DNA of 64,000 nt from Octopus vulgaris (Eukaryota): contig OX597830.1 of the NCBI GenBank assembly GCA_951406725.2, forward strand, positions 16,430,001-16,494,000, given 5' to 3'. Under the pieces are notes generated by a model. The model was not told where the DNA came from, ran no database searches, and saw only the letters and a program-made list of their open reading frames with translations. Shown piece by piece: positions 1 through 13,023 of the stretch. The stretch's first letter is position 1, and the number at the start of each line of letters is the position of its first letter. Position numbers and translations under genes: made by a program.

Positions 1-603
1 TTCACCATTCGTCCCAATGTCTCCCTCGTTCTTCTTCGATCGTAGATTCCTTCTACTTGGCTCACTTAACACTTCTTTATCCAGTTCTCAACATTCATAC
101 ATACGCATCACAAATCCCTACCAGCTTAGTCTTATTTCTCAAGCACAATACCTGATGGTTCTTAAACTTAGTTTTTATTTCGGCTCATTTATATTCCATC
201 GTCCAATAAGCCTAAAATAATCTTCACTAAAACCCTGAAGCCCTTCATTATCCCTATGGATCCCTAATTAGTTATATTTGTATCATCAGGTATGAAACAG
301 CAGGGACAGTTTAGAAATCTATTTCAAAGTGAAAACACAATTTTCGAAACTGGTTAGGTCTTTCAGATTAGGAATTATAATTTCTCATTTGAGAAAGATC
401 TAGAAAATTGCGTGTCTTCTCTCATTCGTGGGGGCGGCTTGGCTCACTAATATGCTTGTGAACAAATAAAAAAGAGAAAACACTTTAAAATAATTACTGC
501 TCTTTAGCTTCTAGTCGGGCCTAATCGAACGGGTCCTTGACCAGATGCCTTCTAACCATAACCATCCGGGGTTTCATAATCAGTTGAAGAAATTATTTTA
601 GTA

Positions 604-985
604 TCTCTTTATATATAAACGGCAAAATGTCTGCGTGTGTGTGTGTGCGTGCATGTCCTTTATACAAATCCATAATTTTTCAGTTAGAGGTCTCGCACTT
701 TCTATGGTCATTCAAAACCGTCCAAGGGTGGTCATGCACATCTTTACATTTCCCCAGTCACCCCGCAAAGCCATTAAAAAATCAACAGAAGTGACTTTCT
801 TGTGAATTTTCTATCCAAAACCCACTCAAAATGCCCGAAACTTCATACGCCAATTGAATGCCAGCTTGCTGTATGTGATTGGTCGGAGATTTGGACAGTA
901 CTCGCGTGTATGTGCGCACGCACGTACGCAGCTGTATATGCATGCGCTAGCACTATGACCCGGCAACGCCGGGTCATAGTACTAG
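604..985 (+). mobile_element. Non-autonomous Helitron
   Basis: Starts A|TC, ends CTAG|T; perfect 13-bp subterminal hairpin ACTATGACCCGGC-aac-GCCGGGTCATAGT (952-980); no TSD. Confidence 0.8.
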
Positions 986-1417
986 TACATTATATTAAAC
1001 TTTCAGTAGCGTTTTGTTATTACTTTGTAATATAAATGTTTCTTGTTAAAAATATTCATTGCTATATCAATATTTTCGTCTTTGCCAGTCATTTACTCCT
1101 TGACATCTTGCTGAATGAGAGAGATGTTCCTGAGATGTTGGTGTAGGATTTTTTACCCTCATGCCGGATTTGTGAGGCTGGTGCTTTTTTTGCAATAGCA
1201 AACTGACCTCATTTTTCTTGTAGTTTTCTGTTGCAATATCAACCCCTCTTAATCTTCTCTGATTTGTCAAAATATTGTTCTTTTGTATATATTGTAACGA
1301 TATCACATATCATTAGTTAACTATCATCATCTTCTAGAAAGTAAACTTTACTAAAGTACATTTGTTTCATTCAGGATGTCTTGAGTATGTCTGATATTGC
1401 TAAACAAATGAGATGGG

Positions 1418-1644
1418 TTAAACCCTTTCGTTACCGTATTTATTTTGAGATGCCGTGTGTTCCTTTCAATTACTTTTAAATATAACAAAGAACTTAGTAA
1501 AATAACTTAGTTATCATTAAGCTAGTGTTAGGAACATAAATTGTGACTAAGGTTTGATGGAAGATTTTAAATCAAAACTTATGAAAACAAGACATTTGTA
1601 CTCAGAGCCAGAGCCAGTTTCAGCCGGTTTGGTAAAGAAAGTAA
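1418..1644. mobile_element. piggyBac-like MITE family 1 (~225 bp), right end degenerate
   Basis: TTAA-CCCTTTCGTTACC start; internal sequence nearly identical to the copies at 14861, 39057, 46286 and 59636. Confidence 0.8.
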
Positions 1645-3035
1645 GAACAATATTCCATACATGAGTAACTAAACATAATTTTCTTGGCCTTATGAAGTTT
1701 CTATGTTAGTTTTTCATGTCAAGCGTACTTCCTACGTGAACAAAATGAAATTTTCTACACTATCCCCCATCAATTATCTGCATACTCGCTTTGGGGTGGG
1801 GGGTTCGTCTTTGGAACATTTCAATTGATTTCCATCAAGATCACATACATTCTACAATCAATTTTTGTTTAACTACTTTTTCTTCAGATTCGTTAGAATC
1901 CTTCCTTTTATATTTGTATTGATTTATTAGAATTAGCTCTTGGTTAGAACTTTGAACTGTCTACTTATAATAGCTTTCCATTTATTGAACAGGTTCTCAG
2001 TCACTCCATTGAACCATTTATCATTGTACAGTCCTTTATATTTACCGACAGAATTTTCAACCTTCATGGTTTCAATCATCTTAAAGAATTATCAATTCTG
2101 TTCTCTTCCACATCTTCAGACTGAGTAAATAATGTCTAAAATTGGGTCACGGTTTGATTGTTCTTCAACTTATCTGCACTGAATGATTTCGGTGATTTCT
2201 TGGAGCATTCTAGTCTTCGGAGAATTTCTATAGAACTTTAATACCAAGTAAATAACTTTAGATTCCGATTACTTTAAAAAGGCACTAAATGTTACAACGT
2301 ACCATTATATTGGCAACAAAATATACAAATTTCTCAAAGAAATTGTAATATTTCTTTAATGCGATCGAATTTTTCTGAAGAACGAGAAAATTTAACTACC
2401 AAAATCATAACAATGACAGAGATAATGAAGACCGTCATCATTTTGTGTTTGATAAAAAGAAGCAGGAACTTTATTCTGTTTAGTTAATGTGTTGGTCATT
2501 AGAAATATTCTATTCAAATATTATTTGATCTTCCGTAAACAAGGAAATGGTGAGAAAATTACAAATCGTTTCACGCAAAAACTACATTTAACTACTTATA
2601 TAAAACTCACAGGCACTCCGTCGGTTACGACGACGAGGGTTCCAGTTGATCCGATCAGCGGAACAACTTGCTCATTTTCCACAGACACGGGTACCCTTAA
2701 CTTAGTTCGCTTTTCTCTGTCATCCCAAAAGCAGTTACAGTTCTCTTGGGAATTGTAACTGCTTTGGGACTCAGTAATTTTTTGATTGAATTAATAGGTG
2801 TTTCTAAGGAGGAAAAATTTATGGTTATTTATCATAAAAGAGAATCCATTACATTTTTAAAGAAGTCAAGATACCTTTGTACATTGAAAGGGAGCCTTTT
2901 CATGCCTGATTGTTGGGAGAGGGGGAACCCTCCTGTATTGAGTGCCACATACCTTTCGTAACAAGGAGCCCCCGATATCTATCAGATGCCCAGGGCAATT
3001 GCCCACTTCGCTCCACCCTATAAACCCGGCCCCAG

Positions 3036-3300
3036 ATGTACTGCCTTCAGATGAGATGGAGAATAGTGAACGGCGACAAATGTAGATGCGGGAAAGTTGG
3101 CATTCTAAAATATATTCCATCTAACTGCTCAATATTTTTGGAAAGGTGTGCATGGAAACACAATAAGGTCCTCAAAATTCTCTATTGTTCCGTTAAGAAG
3201 CAGATGGAAGCAATTAATGGTAACAAGAAATCGCAGGAGGATGGCAGGAAACGCTTTATCATGCTTGTTCGTCGAGGTCAACATGGTTACTTAAAATAGA
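3036..3300 (+). mobile_element. Decayed RLE-type (HERO/NeSL-like) non-LTR retrotransposon fragment
   Basis: DKCRCGKVGILKYIPSNCSIFLERCAWKHNKVLKIL resembles the zinc knuckle followed by the WRH.xVL motif that precedes restriction-like endonucleases. Confidence 0.6.
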
Positions 3301-4099
3301 AGAAATTTGTGAATGACGAGAATTATGGGTGGTAGCAGGAGGTCACATGAAATAGATGGGTTTTGAGATTTAAATTTGGTAATTTTCTGAGATTTTAATT
3401 TTTGTGTGTAAGGCGCTCACCGAACTTGCAGTGACCACCCACTGCCATGGTTTAAATCCAGTCCTGAGTACATCATAGGTAACTTGAAGAAGGAATCCAT
3501 GTCTCATCCCAACCAACCTTTTCGTTCCACTTGGTCATCTGACTTTGCTGAGGGACTGAATCAAATACAGTTCCCTTTTCTAGAGTTCATTAGCCAGAAA
3601 AAAATAGACATTCATACATGTGTCAATAGAAAGGATGTATTACCCGAATTATACAGTATTATACAGTATTATTATTATTTTATCAATTGGTTTTGCACCA
3701 GACATAGATAACCGGATAATTTTCTAATAACCGCACTTGTCAGAGATTGCAGATATGAAAAAGATTGCGATTTGTTCCCTGTTACTGAAGGTGAAAAAGT
3801 ATCACATCCGATTTGTGGAAAAGTTGAAATGATGTTGTGCAAGGTAGTTTTGCAGGGAATTTACCAAGTGTTGTATCCCTATCCCCCATCCCCACCCCAC
3901 CACCATTCTCCAAAAAAAACAGGAGTGAATTGTGATGCAGTAAATTTACTGGATTGAAATGCCTGTAGGGGACGACTGAAAAGGTTGGTATGAGTGCAGG
4001 ATTTATATAGGTGAGTAGGGGGATTTTGATGGGAATTGGGTGGGTTAGCAAAATCTTTAAACCCATGCATGGGTGCATATGCATATGTATTTGTATATA

Positions 4100-4315
4100 C
4101 TCTTTACTTTTTTTACTCTTTTACTTGTTTCAATCATTTGACTGCGGCCATGCTGGAGCATCGCCTTTAGTCGAGCAAATCGACCCCGGGACTTATTCTT
4201 TGTAAGCCCAGTACTTATTCTATCGGACTCTTTTGCCGAACCGCTAAGTGACGGGGACGTAAACACACCAGCATCGGTTGTCAATCAATGATAGGGGACA
4301 AACACAGACACACAA

Positions 4316-4388
<73 letters not shown>

Positions 4389-4555
4389 TACGACAGGCTT
4401 CTTTCAGTTTCCGTCTACCAAATCCACTCACAAGGCATTGGTCGGCCCGGAGCTATAGCAGAAGACACATGCCCAAGGTGCCACGCAGTGGGACTGAACC
4501 CGGAACCATGTGGTTGGTAAGCAAGCTACTTACCACACAGCCACTCCTGCACCTA
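4100..4555 (-). mobile_element. tRNA-derived SINE family A (with internal CA/TA microsatellite)
   Basis: Head GGAGTGGCTGTGTGGTAAG...GGTTCAGTCCC (A/B-box-like) and (AAAGAGT)n tail; many copies in the window. Confidence 0.88.
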
Positions 4556-5179
4556 TATGTGTAGGATTTGGTTAGAACTTTGCAGGATTCTCAGAATGTA
4601 ATGATAGAAGGACCAATAGTGTGGGTTCTGGTGTTTATAATCAGGGTGGAGCCCGTAGGTATGCTATCACATACTTTCTCCAACATGGGCATGAATTAAA
4701 AATTTTACCCTTGCAGTTTCGACACGTGTCTGATTGAAGAGAGTTTTTTAACATAATTCTTTTCCTTGGTAGGTATACTCTGCACAATCTACTACGGTCA
4801 AAAACCAAGATTCTTCACTTGATTTCTTCAACTACTATGTACGCTAGGTTGGGTTGAGACATTGCGTCTCTGCTGGATATTAAAGGAAGACTTGTAGTCG
4901 TTAGACATGGTCCTGAAAGAACCTTCTGTTGAACCCACATATTTCCACACACTTGACTCCCTACTAGGGTCCTTTGACATCACTTCTGCTTTATATACGA
5001 TTGTCTCTGTGTTTGAGAGGCCATTAAGGGGACATATGGTATACCACTACATGAGCATCTCGCCTCTGCCTCGGGCGAGGGCAAAATATTTTGTTTATAC
5101 TGGGTGCACAGCTAACAGGAACTCTTAAGGTGTATTTATTAAATATTTTATGGAACCTATTCGTACGAGAAAGTGTTCT

Positions 5180-5417
5180 CTTACTCTCTCTCTTACTCTT
5201 TTACTTGTTTCAGTCATTTCATTGCGGCCATGCTGGAGCACCACCTTTAGTCGAGCAAATCGACCCCGGGACTTATTCTTTGTAAGCCCAGTACTTATTC
5301 TATCGGTCTCTTTTTGCCGAACCGCTAAGTGACGGGGATGTAAACACACCAGCATCGGTTGTCAAGCGATGGTGGGGGGACAAACACAGACACACAAACA
5401 TATACACACACACATAC

Positions 5418-5462
<45 letters not shown>

Positions 5463-5621
5463 TACGACAGGCTTCTTTCAGTTTCCGTCTACTAAATCCA
5501 CTCACAAGGCATTGGTCGGCCCGAGGCTATAGCAGAAGACACTTGCCCAAGATGCCACGCAGTGGGACTGAACCCGGAACCGTGTGGTTGGTAAGCAAGC
5601 TACTTACCTCACAGCCACTCC
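5180..5621 (-). mobile_element. SINE family A
   Basis: Near-identical to the 4100-4555 copy. Confidence 0.88.
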
Positions 5622-6409
5622 TAAGGAAGATTTTACTCACATAAGATTTTACGCTTAGGGAAAAGAGTTGTCTGCGTGTGAACCACAACAGTTGCTGGTG
5701 GTGGTGGCTTATCTACAGGCTCCACCATGATTCTAAACGATGGGACCTCCAAGATCCTCCCACCATCACATTCTGGGCGCCCAGCAAAATTTTAACCATA
5801 CATACATATGTGCTTAAGCACCTATTCGTGGGTTTAAAGGTGTGAGTACCCACCCAACCCTACCTCAAGAAATCCCTACTCACATAACAAGGCCGCATAC
5901 ATATTAACTCACCCCATATGGGCCGCGTCACGACACACTCAGATTAGGGGGCAAGGGACATAACTCTTGATAGATTCACTGCTTAATTATCTCCCGTAAC
6001 TTCGTTTCGTGCGTTTTACACCACCCAGACCAGATGTCACACCTCCTCACCTTCCGTAACAGAGAGCAGTCGCCATTATATTCACATCTGTCATCACTGA
6101 TAAGAACAGTTATTTAATAATTGGTCAATTACCAAATATCCGGTGGAAAACCGATTGGTAAAATCGGTTGTAAAGGATGTATAATACTGTATACTTTGAT
6201 GTGTGTGTGTGTGTAAATGCATACGTTGGGTAGTGGAACACTTTTACATTGTACACTAGGCTCTCATTCTGTTGCAAATATTTGGGCAATTCCTCCAGTT
6301 GCAAGATAACTTTTTCCTTTTCTATCAGATGTGGAAGATCAGTAAAGAATCATTGACATTCTTCCCCTTCCTGACTAAAAGACAAAAAAAATATGTGTAT
6401 ATATATGTG

Positions 6410-6442
<33 letters not shown>

Positions 6443-6473
6443 ATCAAAAGAAAAACAGGACGCAAAGGATTCT

Positions 6474-6560
6474 GCGGTACATATGTTTCGGGCTTTGTTG
6501 AACAACTTATATCAATGCATAATTGATATAACAGGTAGGTCAACAGCCTTCTTCAGCCGC
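6474..6560 (-). ncRNA. Type I hammerhead ribozyme (Penelope pLTR-associated)
   Basis: Minus strand GCGG-CUGAAGA-A-GGCU...long stem II...AGCC-C-GAAAC-AUAU-GUA/CCGC: intact CUGANGA, GAAA and GUA cleavage triplet, 4-bp stem I and a palindromic minimal stem III. Confidence 0.7.
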
Positions 6561-7262
6561 GTACAATTACCACACTAAGGACATGTATTACATTATAGCA
6601 GGTTTGAGAAGAAGTTTGGGAAAAAACCGAGTTTCATTGGGAAAGTAACTCCTCATAGGCGTATATGGCATTGCTAGACACCAAAACAAAACGTCCATAT
6701 CGCTTTCTCACTCGATAAAGAATATATATATATATATATATCATCAGCATCAGCATCATCACCATCGCCGCAGCCGCCATCACTACTACCACCACCACCA
6801 CCACCACTACCATCATCGTCATCATCATCATCATCATCATTGTTATTTTGTAAATATCCATCTTTCATTCTGATATGAATTTGATGGCTTGACAACACCC
6901 AACTGGTCCAACAACTGCATCTTCCTCTAATGTCTGCCTTTAAATGGTTTCTACAGCTGGATGCCTTTCCTAATGCCAACCACTATACAGAGTGGAAAAT
7001 AAAATTTTTTCAATGAAAACAATTCTTAATTTTTTGAAATTAACTACCCCTTTAATTAAAATTGAAATGCAATAGGGAATGAGTTCCTCTACATTAAGTA
7101 TGCTAATGCATACTTTACTACTAGTTTTTCATACAGTGGGTGTCCCTGAGGATTTTTCTCCAATCATTTTTTTTTTTTCTTTCTTTTAACTTATTACACC
7201 ACACATTTTATTCCCTGAAATCCTATATTCTTCTCTGGCCTTCTAAGACCTAGCAATTATAT

Positions 7263-8614
7263 TTAGCCTATAATTTACTGAGGAGGTTTAATTATACAAA
7301 AACATGTTCATAGTTGTCCCTGTGCTGTCAAAGATCAGACACACTGCATTTCGTTTTTAATTATTTTTAAATAATTTAAATTCCAGTTTCATCCTTTTTT
7401 ATAAGTATTAATCATTAAAATGTTGAAAAAATTATTTTTCTCATCACAATGTTTGTTTTAATATTTCTTGACTCCTCTATATTTTAAAACCCACTTTACC
7501 ATATAATAGATTTGAGGACATCTATAGGCCTGAAAACACACTATGTATTTGTAATATGTTAGTAGGCTAAGGCGGCAAGCTGGCAGAATCATTAGCATGC
7601 TGGGCGAAATGCGTAGCCGTATTTCGTCTGCCGTTACGTTCTGAGTTCAAATTCCGCCGAGGTCGACTTTGCCTTTCATCCTTTCGGGGTCGATAAATTA
7701 AGTACCAGTTACGCACTGGGGTCGATGTAATCGACTTAATCCCTTTGTCTGTCCTTGTTTGTCCCCTCTATGTTCAGCCCCTTCTGGGCAATAAAGAAAT
7801 AAGAATCATTAGCACACCAGACAAAAAAGGCTTAGAGGCATTTCATCCGTCTTAACATTCTGAGTTCAAATTCCACCAAGATTAACTTTGCCTTTCATTC
7901 TTTTCGGGGTCAATAAAATAAGTACCAGTTGGGTATTGGGGTTGTTGTAATCATCTTACCCCTCCCTCAAAATTACTGGCCTTGTACCAAAATTTGAAAT
8001 CTATATCTCATAGGTCCTACTAATATAGTATATGTATATCCGTGCAGCATACTATAGATCTAACAACATTTGTATGCCTTATTAACACACTGTAGGCATT
8101 ATTAACTGCCAAATTTTTTTATTCATATTTTTGGGCTTTGCCAGATGTTTTAGGACTTAAAATAATATATAGTATTTAAATTTTCTTCATATGTGAATTA
8201 TTTGGGGAATTATGATAAATTTTTCATAAAGTCCCAAATGGGGATCACTGAAAAAAAAGCATATTTATCCTTTTCTATTCAATTGCATTAATAAACATTT
8301 TAGTTTTTTTGAAACTGTAGTTTCAAATGTGAATGTGTATGAAATATCAATGAATGATATAAATGGGAAATGGGGGGAAAAGAAACGTTTTCAAAACAGT
8401 CAATATTTTTGTAGTTCAAAAATTGCGATTTATGACATAAAATGTCCTCTAGAATTAGCCAGATGAATACTTATAAAAAAAGGATGAAACTGGAATTAAA
8501 ATTTATTTTAAAATAATTAAAAACGAAATGCAGTGTATCTGGTCTTTAACAGCACAGGGACAACTATGAACATGTTTTTGTATAATTAAACCTCCTCAGT
8601 AAATTATAGGCTAA
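7263..8614. repeat. Long inverted repeat: 7263-7409 versus 8466-8614
   Basis: Arms of ~147 bp with high identity around a ~1.05-kb spacer that contains two SINE copies. Confidence 0.85.
7570..7803 (+). mobile_element. SINE family B (GGCGGCGAGCTGGCAGAA...GAGTTCAAATTCC...AAAGAAAT)
   Basis: A/B-box-like head, ~230 bp. Copies at 17836-18068(-), 18917-19143(-), 22404-22810(+, partly duplicated), 24222-24415(-), 28970-29201(+), 29771-30002(-), 32491-32721(+), 38588-38822(+), 40895-41105(+) and 42490-42715(+). Confidence 0.85.
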
Positions 8615-8841
8615 CTTTAACTACTAAATATCGTTAAACACACCTCTGCAAATACAATGTATAAATGCAATTCACTTTAAATACAACAAACAACCAGCAG
8701 TGAGACTGTTTTTAGCAGATCCCCAAATGGGGCTCATGGCAGGCAACGGGTTAAGATGCGATATGTCTTACATGCTATATATCATAGGCGCAGGAGGTAG
8801 ATGAACATAGACACAATGGTACTCACATATGTGTGTGTATG

Positions 8842-8939
<98 letters not shown>

Positions 8940-9369
8940 TACATATATATATATCATCATCATCATCATCATCGTTTAACGTCCGCTTTCCATGCTAGCA
9001 TGGGTTGGACGATTTTGACTGAGGGCTGGTGAACCAGATGGCTGCATCAGGCCCCAATCTTGATCTGGCACAGTTTCTACAGCTGGATGCCCTTCCTAAC
9101 GCCAACCACTCCGAGAGTGTAGTGGGTGCTTTTTACGTGCCACTGGCACGGGGGCCAGTCAGGTGGTACTGGCAAATCCACTGACAAGGCTTTGGTCAGC
9201 CCGAGGCTATAGTAGAAGATACTTGCCCAAGGTGCCACGCAGTGGGACTGAACCCAGGAACCATGTGGTTGGTAAGCAAGCTACTTACCACACAGCCACT
9301 TCTGCACCTATATCTTTAGATTTGGTGGGGAGTTACCATATGATCAATGTGTATTTTACTGAAGCATAC

Positions 9370-9733
9370 TTGCTTACAGCTGTCTGTCAATGCTGACAAC
9401 AACATTGTCCTCTGAGAGTCTTACCCTACATTTTGAGGGTTGATAAATGTGAAAACAGTCCGATCCTGGAATGGCATGTCCTTGAACACAGATGACAAGG
9501 GAAGTTGCCCATTATGCTGTTAGTGAGTCAGAGATGATGTAGACATCTCTTTTCCTCGAGTATCTCATATCAGATTAGTTCATTCATTGCAGAGGGAGTG
9601 TCAGGTTTGCTGGTTCCGAGCAAAGTACTCTAGTTGTACCAGCTGAATGTTGCAGGTGTTGAATACAAGCTTAAGAGGAGGGATCATATGATCAATTCTT
9701 ATTTTACTGGTACACTTTAATCTATCAATATCT
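9370..9733 (-). mobile_element. Decayed RTE-clade LINE 3' end
   Basis: Frameshifted LKLVFNTCNI...EYFARN followed by EEKR...FPCHLCSRTCHSRIGLFSH, the C-terminal zinc finger typical of RTE elements. Confidence 0.7.
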
Positions 9734-10032
9734 CTTAAAAGGATGAAAGGTAAAATTTTAAACTTTGTGGGATTTGACAAATAAATCACCATCCTTGTTT
9801 CAACATCTACTTTTCCATGCATGCATGGAATTTGTTGAGGTGGATTTTTTTTTAACAGCCAGATGCTCTTCCTGTCACCAACCTTCACTTGTTTCCAAGT
9901 AAGGTAATATTTCCCCATAGTCAGACATGTTTACACAGAATATTGAAAGTGAAGGACACCACATGCATGACAGTGGCAATTGTTTACAACATGAATGCAC
10001 TGTCAAAGCATAGACACAGTAACACATACATA

Positions 10033-10547
10033 TACCGTATAGTATAGTCCACCCTTGAGTATAATACGCAAGGGATTTTTATGGGGCTGTACCTCTGAAA
10101 AAACCTAAACCTTGTGTATAATATGCACTCCTTCTCTAACTTGAGTCGTGCGTAATTAAGCCAGCAGAACCTAGTCGAACAAACACTTCCATGCATGCAT
10201 AATACAATAATGGTGATGTTCTTAACTGTTATATGGGAATGTAAATATGTTTGCAAATTGTTTTTGTTACATGTTATTCTGTGTTCTGAATACTTTTGTT
10301 TTAATAAATGTTGCTTACTGCAAGTTATGAATGATTCTTTTATGACTTCATTGCTTTCAAACTTAGCTTTAGGTATTTTCGCGTCCGACATCACAAAATG
10401 CATCTGAATAAACATTGCCGGACAGCAAATAGAGACTCGGACATAGCTTAGAAAATATTTTTCATTTTTAACTTCGTATAGTATACACTAGGGATTTTAA
10501 CCTTTAGATTTTGGGAAAAAAGTGCGGATTATACTCGAGGATTTACA

Positions 10548-10549
<2 letters not shown>
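10033..10549. mobile_element. Tc1/pogo (Tigger-like) non-autonomous element
   Basis: TA-CCGTA start, GAGTATAATACGCA subterminal motif and inverted TGCGGATTATACTCGAGGATTTAC end. Confidence 0.55.
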
Positions 10550-10594
<45 letters not shown>

Positions 10595-10733
10595 GGTCTC
10601 TATCAGTTTCCTATACCATATGTATTTACAAGGCTTTACTCAACCCAGGGTCATAGTAAAAGACACTTGCCCAAGGTGGCACACAGTGGGACTGAACCAA
10701 AAGCCATGTTGTCAGGAAGCAAACTTCTTGCCA

Positions 10734-10803
<70 letters not shown>

Positions 10804-10925
10804 TATGCAAATACATGTTTATAAGCACGGAAGTATTACCTTTTATTCAATGTTGGAGTTTTAAGTGATTGAATTTAGAGAGAAGGGGGGGGTCCGTAAA
10901 GGGAAGTAATTCTCAAGCTGGTTAA

Positions 10926-10929
10926 ATTT

Positions 10930-11010
<81 letters not shown>

Positions 11011-11026
11011 GTGTGTGTGTGTGTAT
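10926..11026. repeat. (TA)n/(TG)n microsatellite, representative of many simple repeats in the window
   Basis: Directly visible. Others include (GA)n 10738-10800, (CT)n 34681-34745, (TAA)n 13320-13380 and (GGT)n 49288-49365. Confidence 0.95.
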
Positions 11027-11249
11027 ATTCCCGTATGTTATATTTTAATAATTACTGGTATCTTTATATATTAATATATTTTATATGTAAAGCATAATAT
11101 GTTATACATGTATGTATATTGTTGTAATTGTCATTTTAGTAAATAAATAAATAAGTTGACATAATATAATGTTTGAAAGTTGATGAACCACCTACTGATC
11201 CCCTCCATTTTCTTATTGCTCTCTCTCTCTCTCTGTATATATATATATA

Positions 11250-11690
11250 TAAAGTTAATCCAAACAAGAAAGCACAAAAAAACACAACAATGTGAGGACG
11301 TGGAACAAATATAGTATTATTGGATGCTCAGGAAAGAAGGAAAGAAGGAGGGTTTAACGTTTCGAGCGGAGCTCTTCGTTGGAAACATAGGAGAAGGAAA
11401 GATCCAGAGAAGGGAAGACAGAGGGAAAAAAATCACCAACAGTACACACGAGGTCACATTATATATATATATATATATAGGGGGAGAGTTCATGAAGAAA
11501 ACAAAAGACGAAGACAGGTAGTGTACAAAACAAACAGATGTATTAGTATAATGCTCAGGAATAGAAAAAGTATTTTACGTTTCGAGCCTACGCTCTTCTA
11601 CAGAAAGGGACACAGAAAAAACAAGGAGAGAAACAAGGAGAGAAAAAAATGTGTGTAGTGGCTACCGATCTATCATGGCGACTGAATGTA
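11250..11690 (-). mobile_element. Two Penelope-like pLTR fragments in (TA)n with degenerate hammerhead cores
   Basis: Minus strand CCAACGA-AGAGCtccGCTC-GAAACGTT (~11356-11383) and CTGTAGA-AGAGCgtagGCTC-GAAACGTA (~11576-11603). Confidence 0.5.
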
Positions 11691-12124
11691 TATATATTTA
11701 TTTATTTACTAGCTGTCCATTGGTTACAACAAAGAGAGTTTCAGCTGATCTGATCAACAGAACAGCCTTGCTCATGAAATTAACATGAAAGTGGCTGAGC
11801 ACTCCACAGACACATGTACCCATAACACAGTTCTCAGGGAGATACAGTGTGACACAAGTGTAACAAGGCTGGCCCTTTGGAATACAGGTACAACTCATTT
11901 TTGCCAGTTGAGTGGATTGGAGCAAAGTGAAATAAACTATCTTACTCAAGGACACAACACATCGCCAGGAATTGAACTCACGACCTTATGATAATGAGCC
12001 GAATACCCTAACCACTCAGCCACACACCCCCAATTAGTATCTCACTCCCTTATGACAAGTATTGATTTGTTTACCTCTCTGTGACTTAGTAGATTACTAA
12101 ATAGAAGAAGCACCAGACCTATGA

Positions 12125-12212
<88 letters not shown>

Positions 12213-12597
12213 GTTAAGACAATCTTTTGCACTTCTTGCAGGGATGGTAAGCCAGGGATCATTCTCATATAATTTTCAAGAAGGGAACCGAAAATTATGA
12301 GAATGATCCCTGGTATCATCCCTGCAAGAAGTGCAAAAGATTGTCTTAACTGGTACATCACACGTATTGAGAAGAGCATTGTCGCTGTGAGAGCTGTTAC
12401 TGCCCATGTATTTTAATTTAACCTTAAAAAAAATAAAAAAAAAAAAAATGAACGAACTATTGAGTTTGGTTTAATGGCCTACCAATGTATACTATGAGTT
12501 TCTTTGCCCTAGGAGTCGGGAAGATGCTCGGCAAGAAATGGAAGCAAATTTGAAAGAAGAAGAAAAAAAAAATAATAATAATAATAATAATAATAAT
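12213..12597 (+). mobile_element. Dong/R4-like LINE 3' fragment with a 5' inverted duplication, inside (TAA)n
   Basis: Encodes ...MIPG..SLQEVQKIVLTGTSHVLRRALSL*; (TAA)n on both flanks; 12213-12276 is an inverted copy of 12291-12350. Confidence 0.7.
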
Positions 12598-12713
12598 GTT
12601 TGGGAATAGGATTCCAAACTTACAGGGAAAAATTCAATTTAGTAATTCTAAATCAAATTTCACAATATATAATACATGTATATAAATTAGAGTAGTATCA
12701 TCCATGATTCACC

Positions 12714-12942
12714 AATCATACCATATAGAAAAAAAATTAAAGATACGATAAAACATTTACTTAGAACTAAATAAGGTACTAAATAATAAATAAATAGTAT
12801 ATAATTAGTATATACTAATTACATACTATTTAGTATATTAGTATATTACTAATTATATACTATTTAATTATTATTTCGTACTTTATTTAGTTCTAGGTAA
12901 GTGTTTTATCGTTTCTTTCATTTTTTTCTACATGGTATGATT
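12714..12942. repeat. AT-rich imperfect palindrome (~95-bp arms), probably Penelope-derived
   Basis: AATCATACCATATAGAAAAAAA...TATAATTAGTA is mirrored by TACTAATTATA...TTTTTTCTACATGGTATGATT. Confidence 0.7.
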
Positions 12943-12985
12943 TAAGTATATCATTGTTGAATTGCTACATGGTGGTTCTTCTCTA

Positions 12986-13023
<38 letters not shown>

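Noticed and set aside
1067-1306. 79-aa - strand ORF
   Set aside because: No recognisable domain or convincing splice sites; probably decayed repeat sequence.
4011-5644. Recurrent ORFs such as CGHAGAPPLVEQIDPGTYSL and RQASFSFRL...
   Set aside because: These are translations of SINE family A copies and microsatellites, repeated throughout the window.
6225-6374. Exon-like 150-nt segment on the - strand (good AG/GT) reading QEGEECQ-TGA-FFTDLPHLIEKEK...VFHYP, a tempting second selenoprotein with CxU
   Set aside because: I found no supported partner exons or SECIS and no recognisable selenoprotein family. Pieces in different frames (HLIEK, C..IC, C..VPL) look more like a frameshifted piggyBac Cys-rich tail. 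A tBLASTn against mollusc transcriptomes would settle it.
9425-9733. 309-nt exon-like segment on the - strand with several in-frame stops
   Set aside because: It includes a TAA as well as TGAs, and another frame gives the RTE C-terminal zinc finger (CHLCSRTCHSRIGLFSH). It is a LINE remnant.
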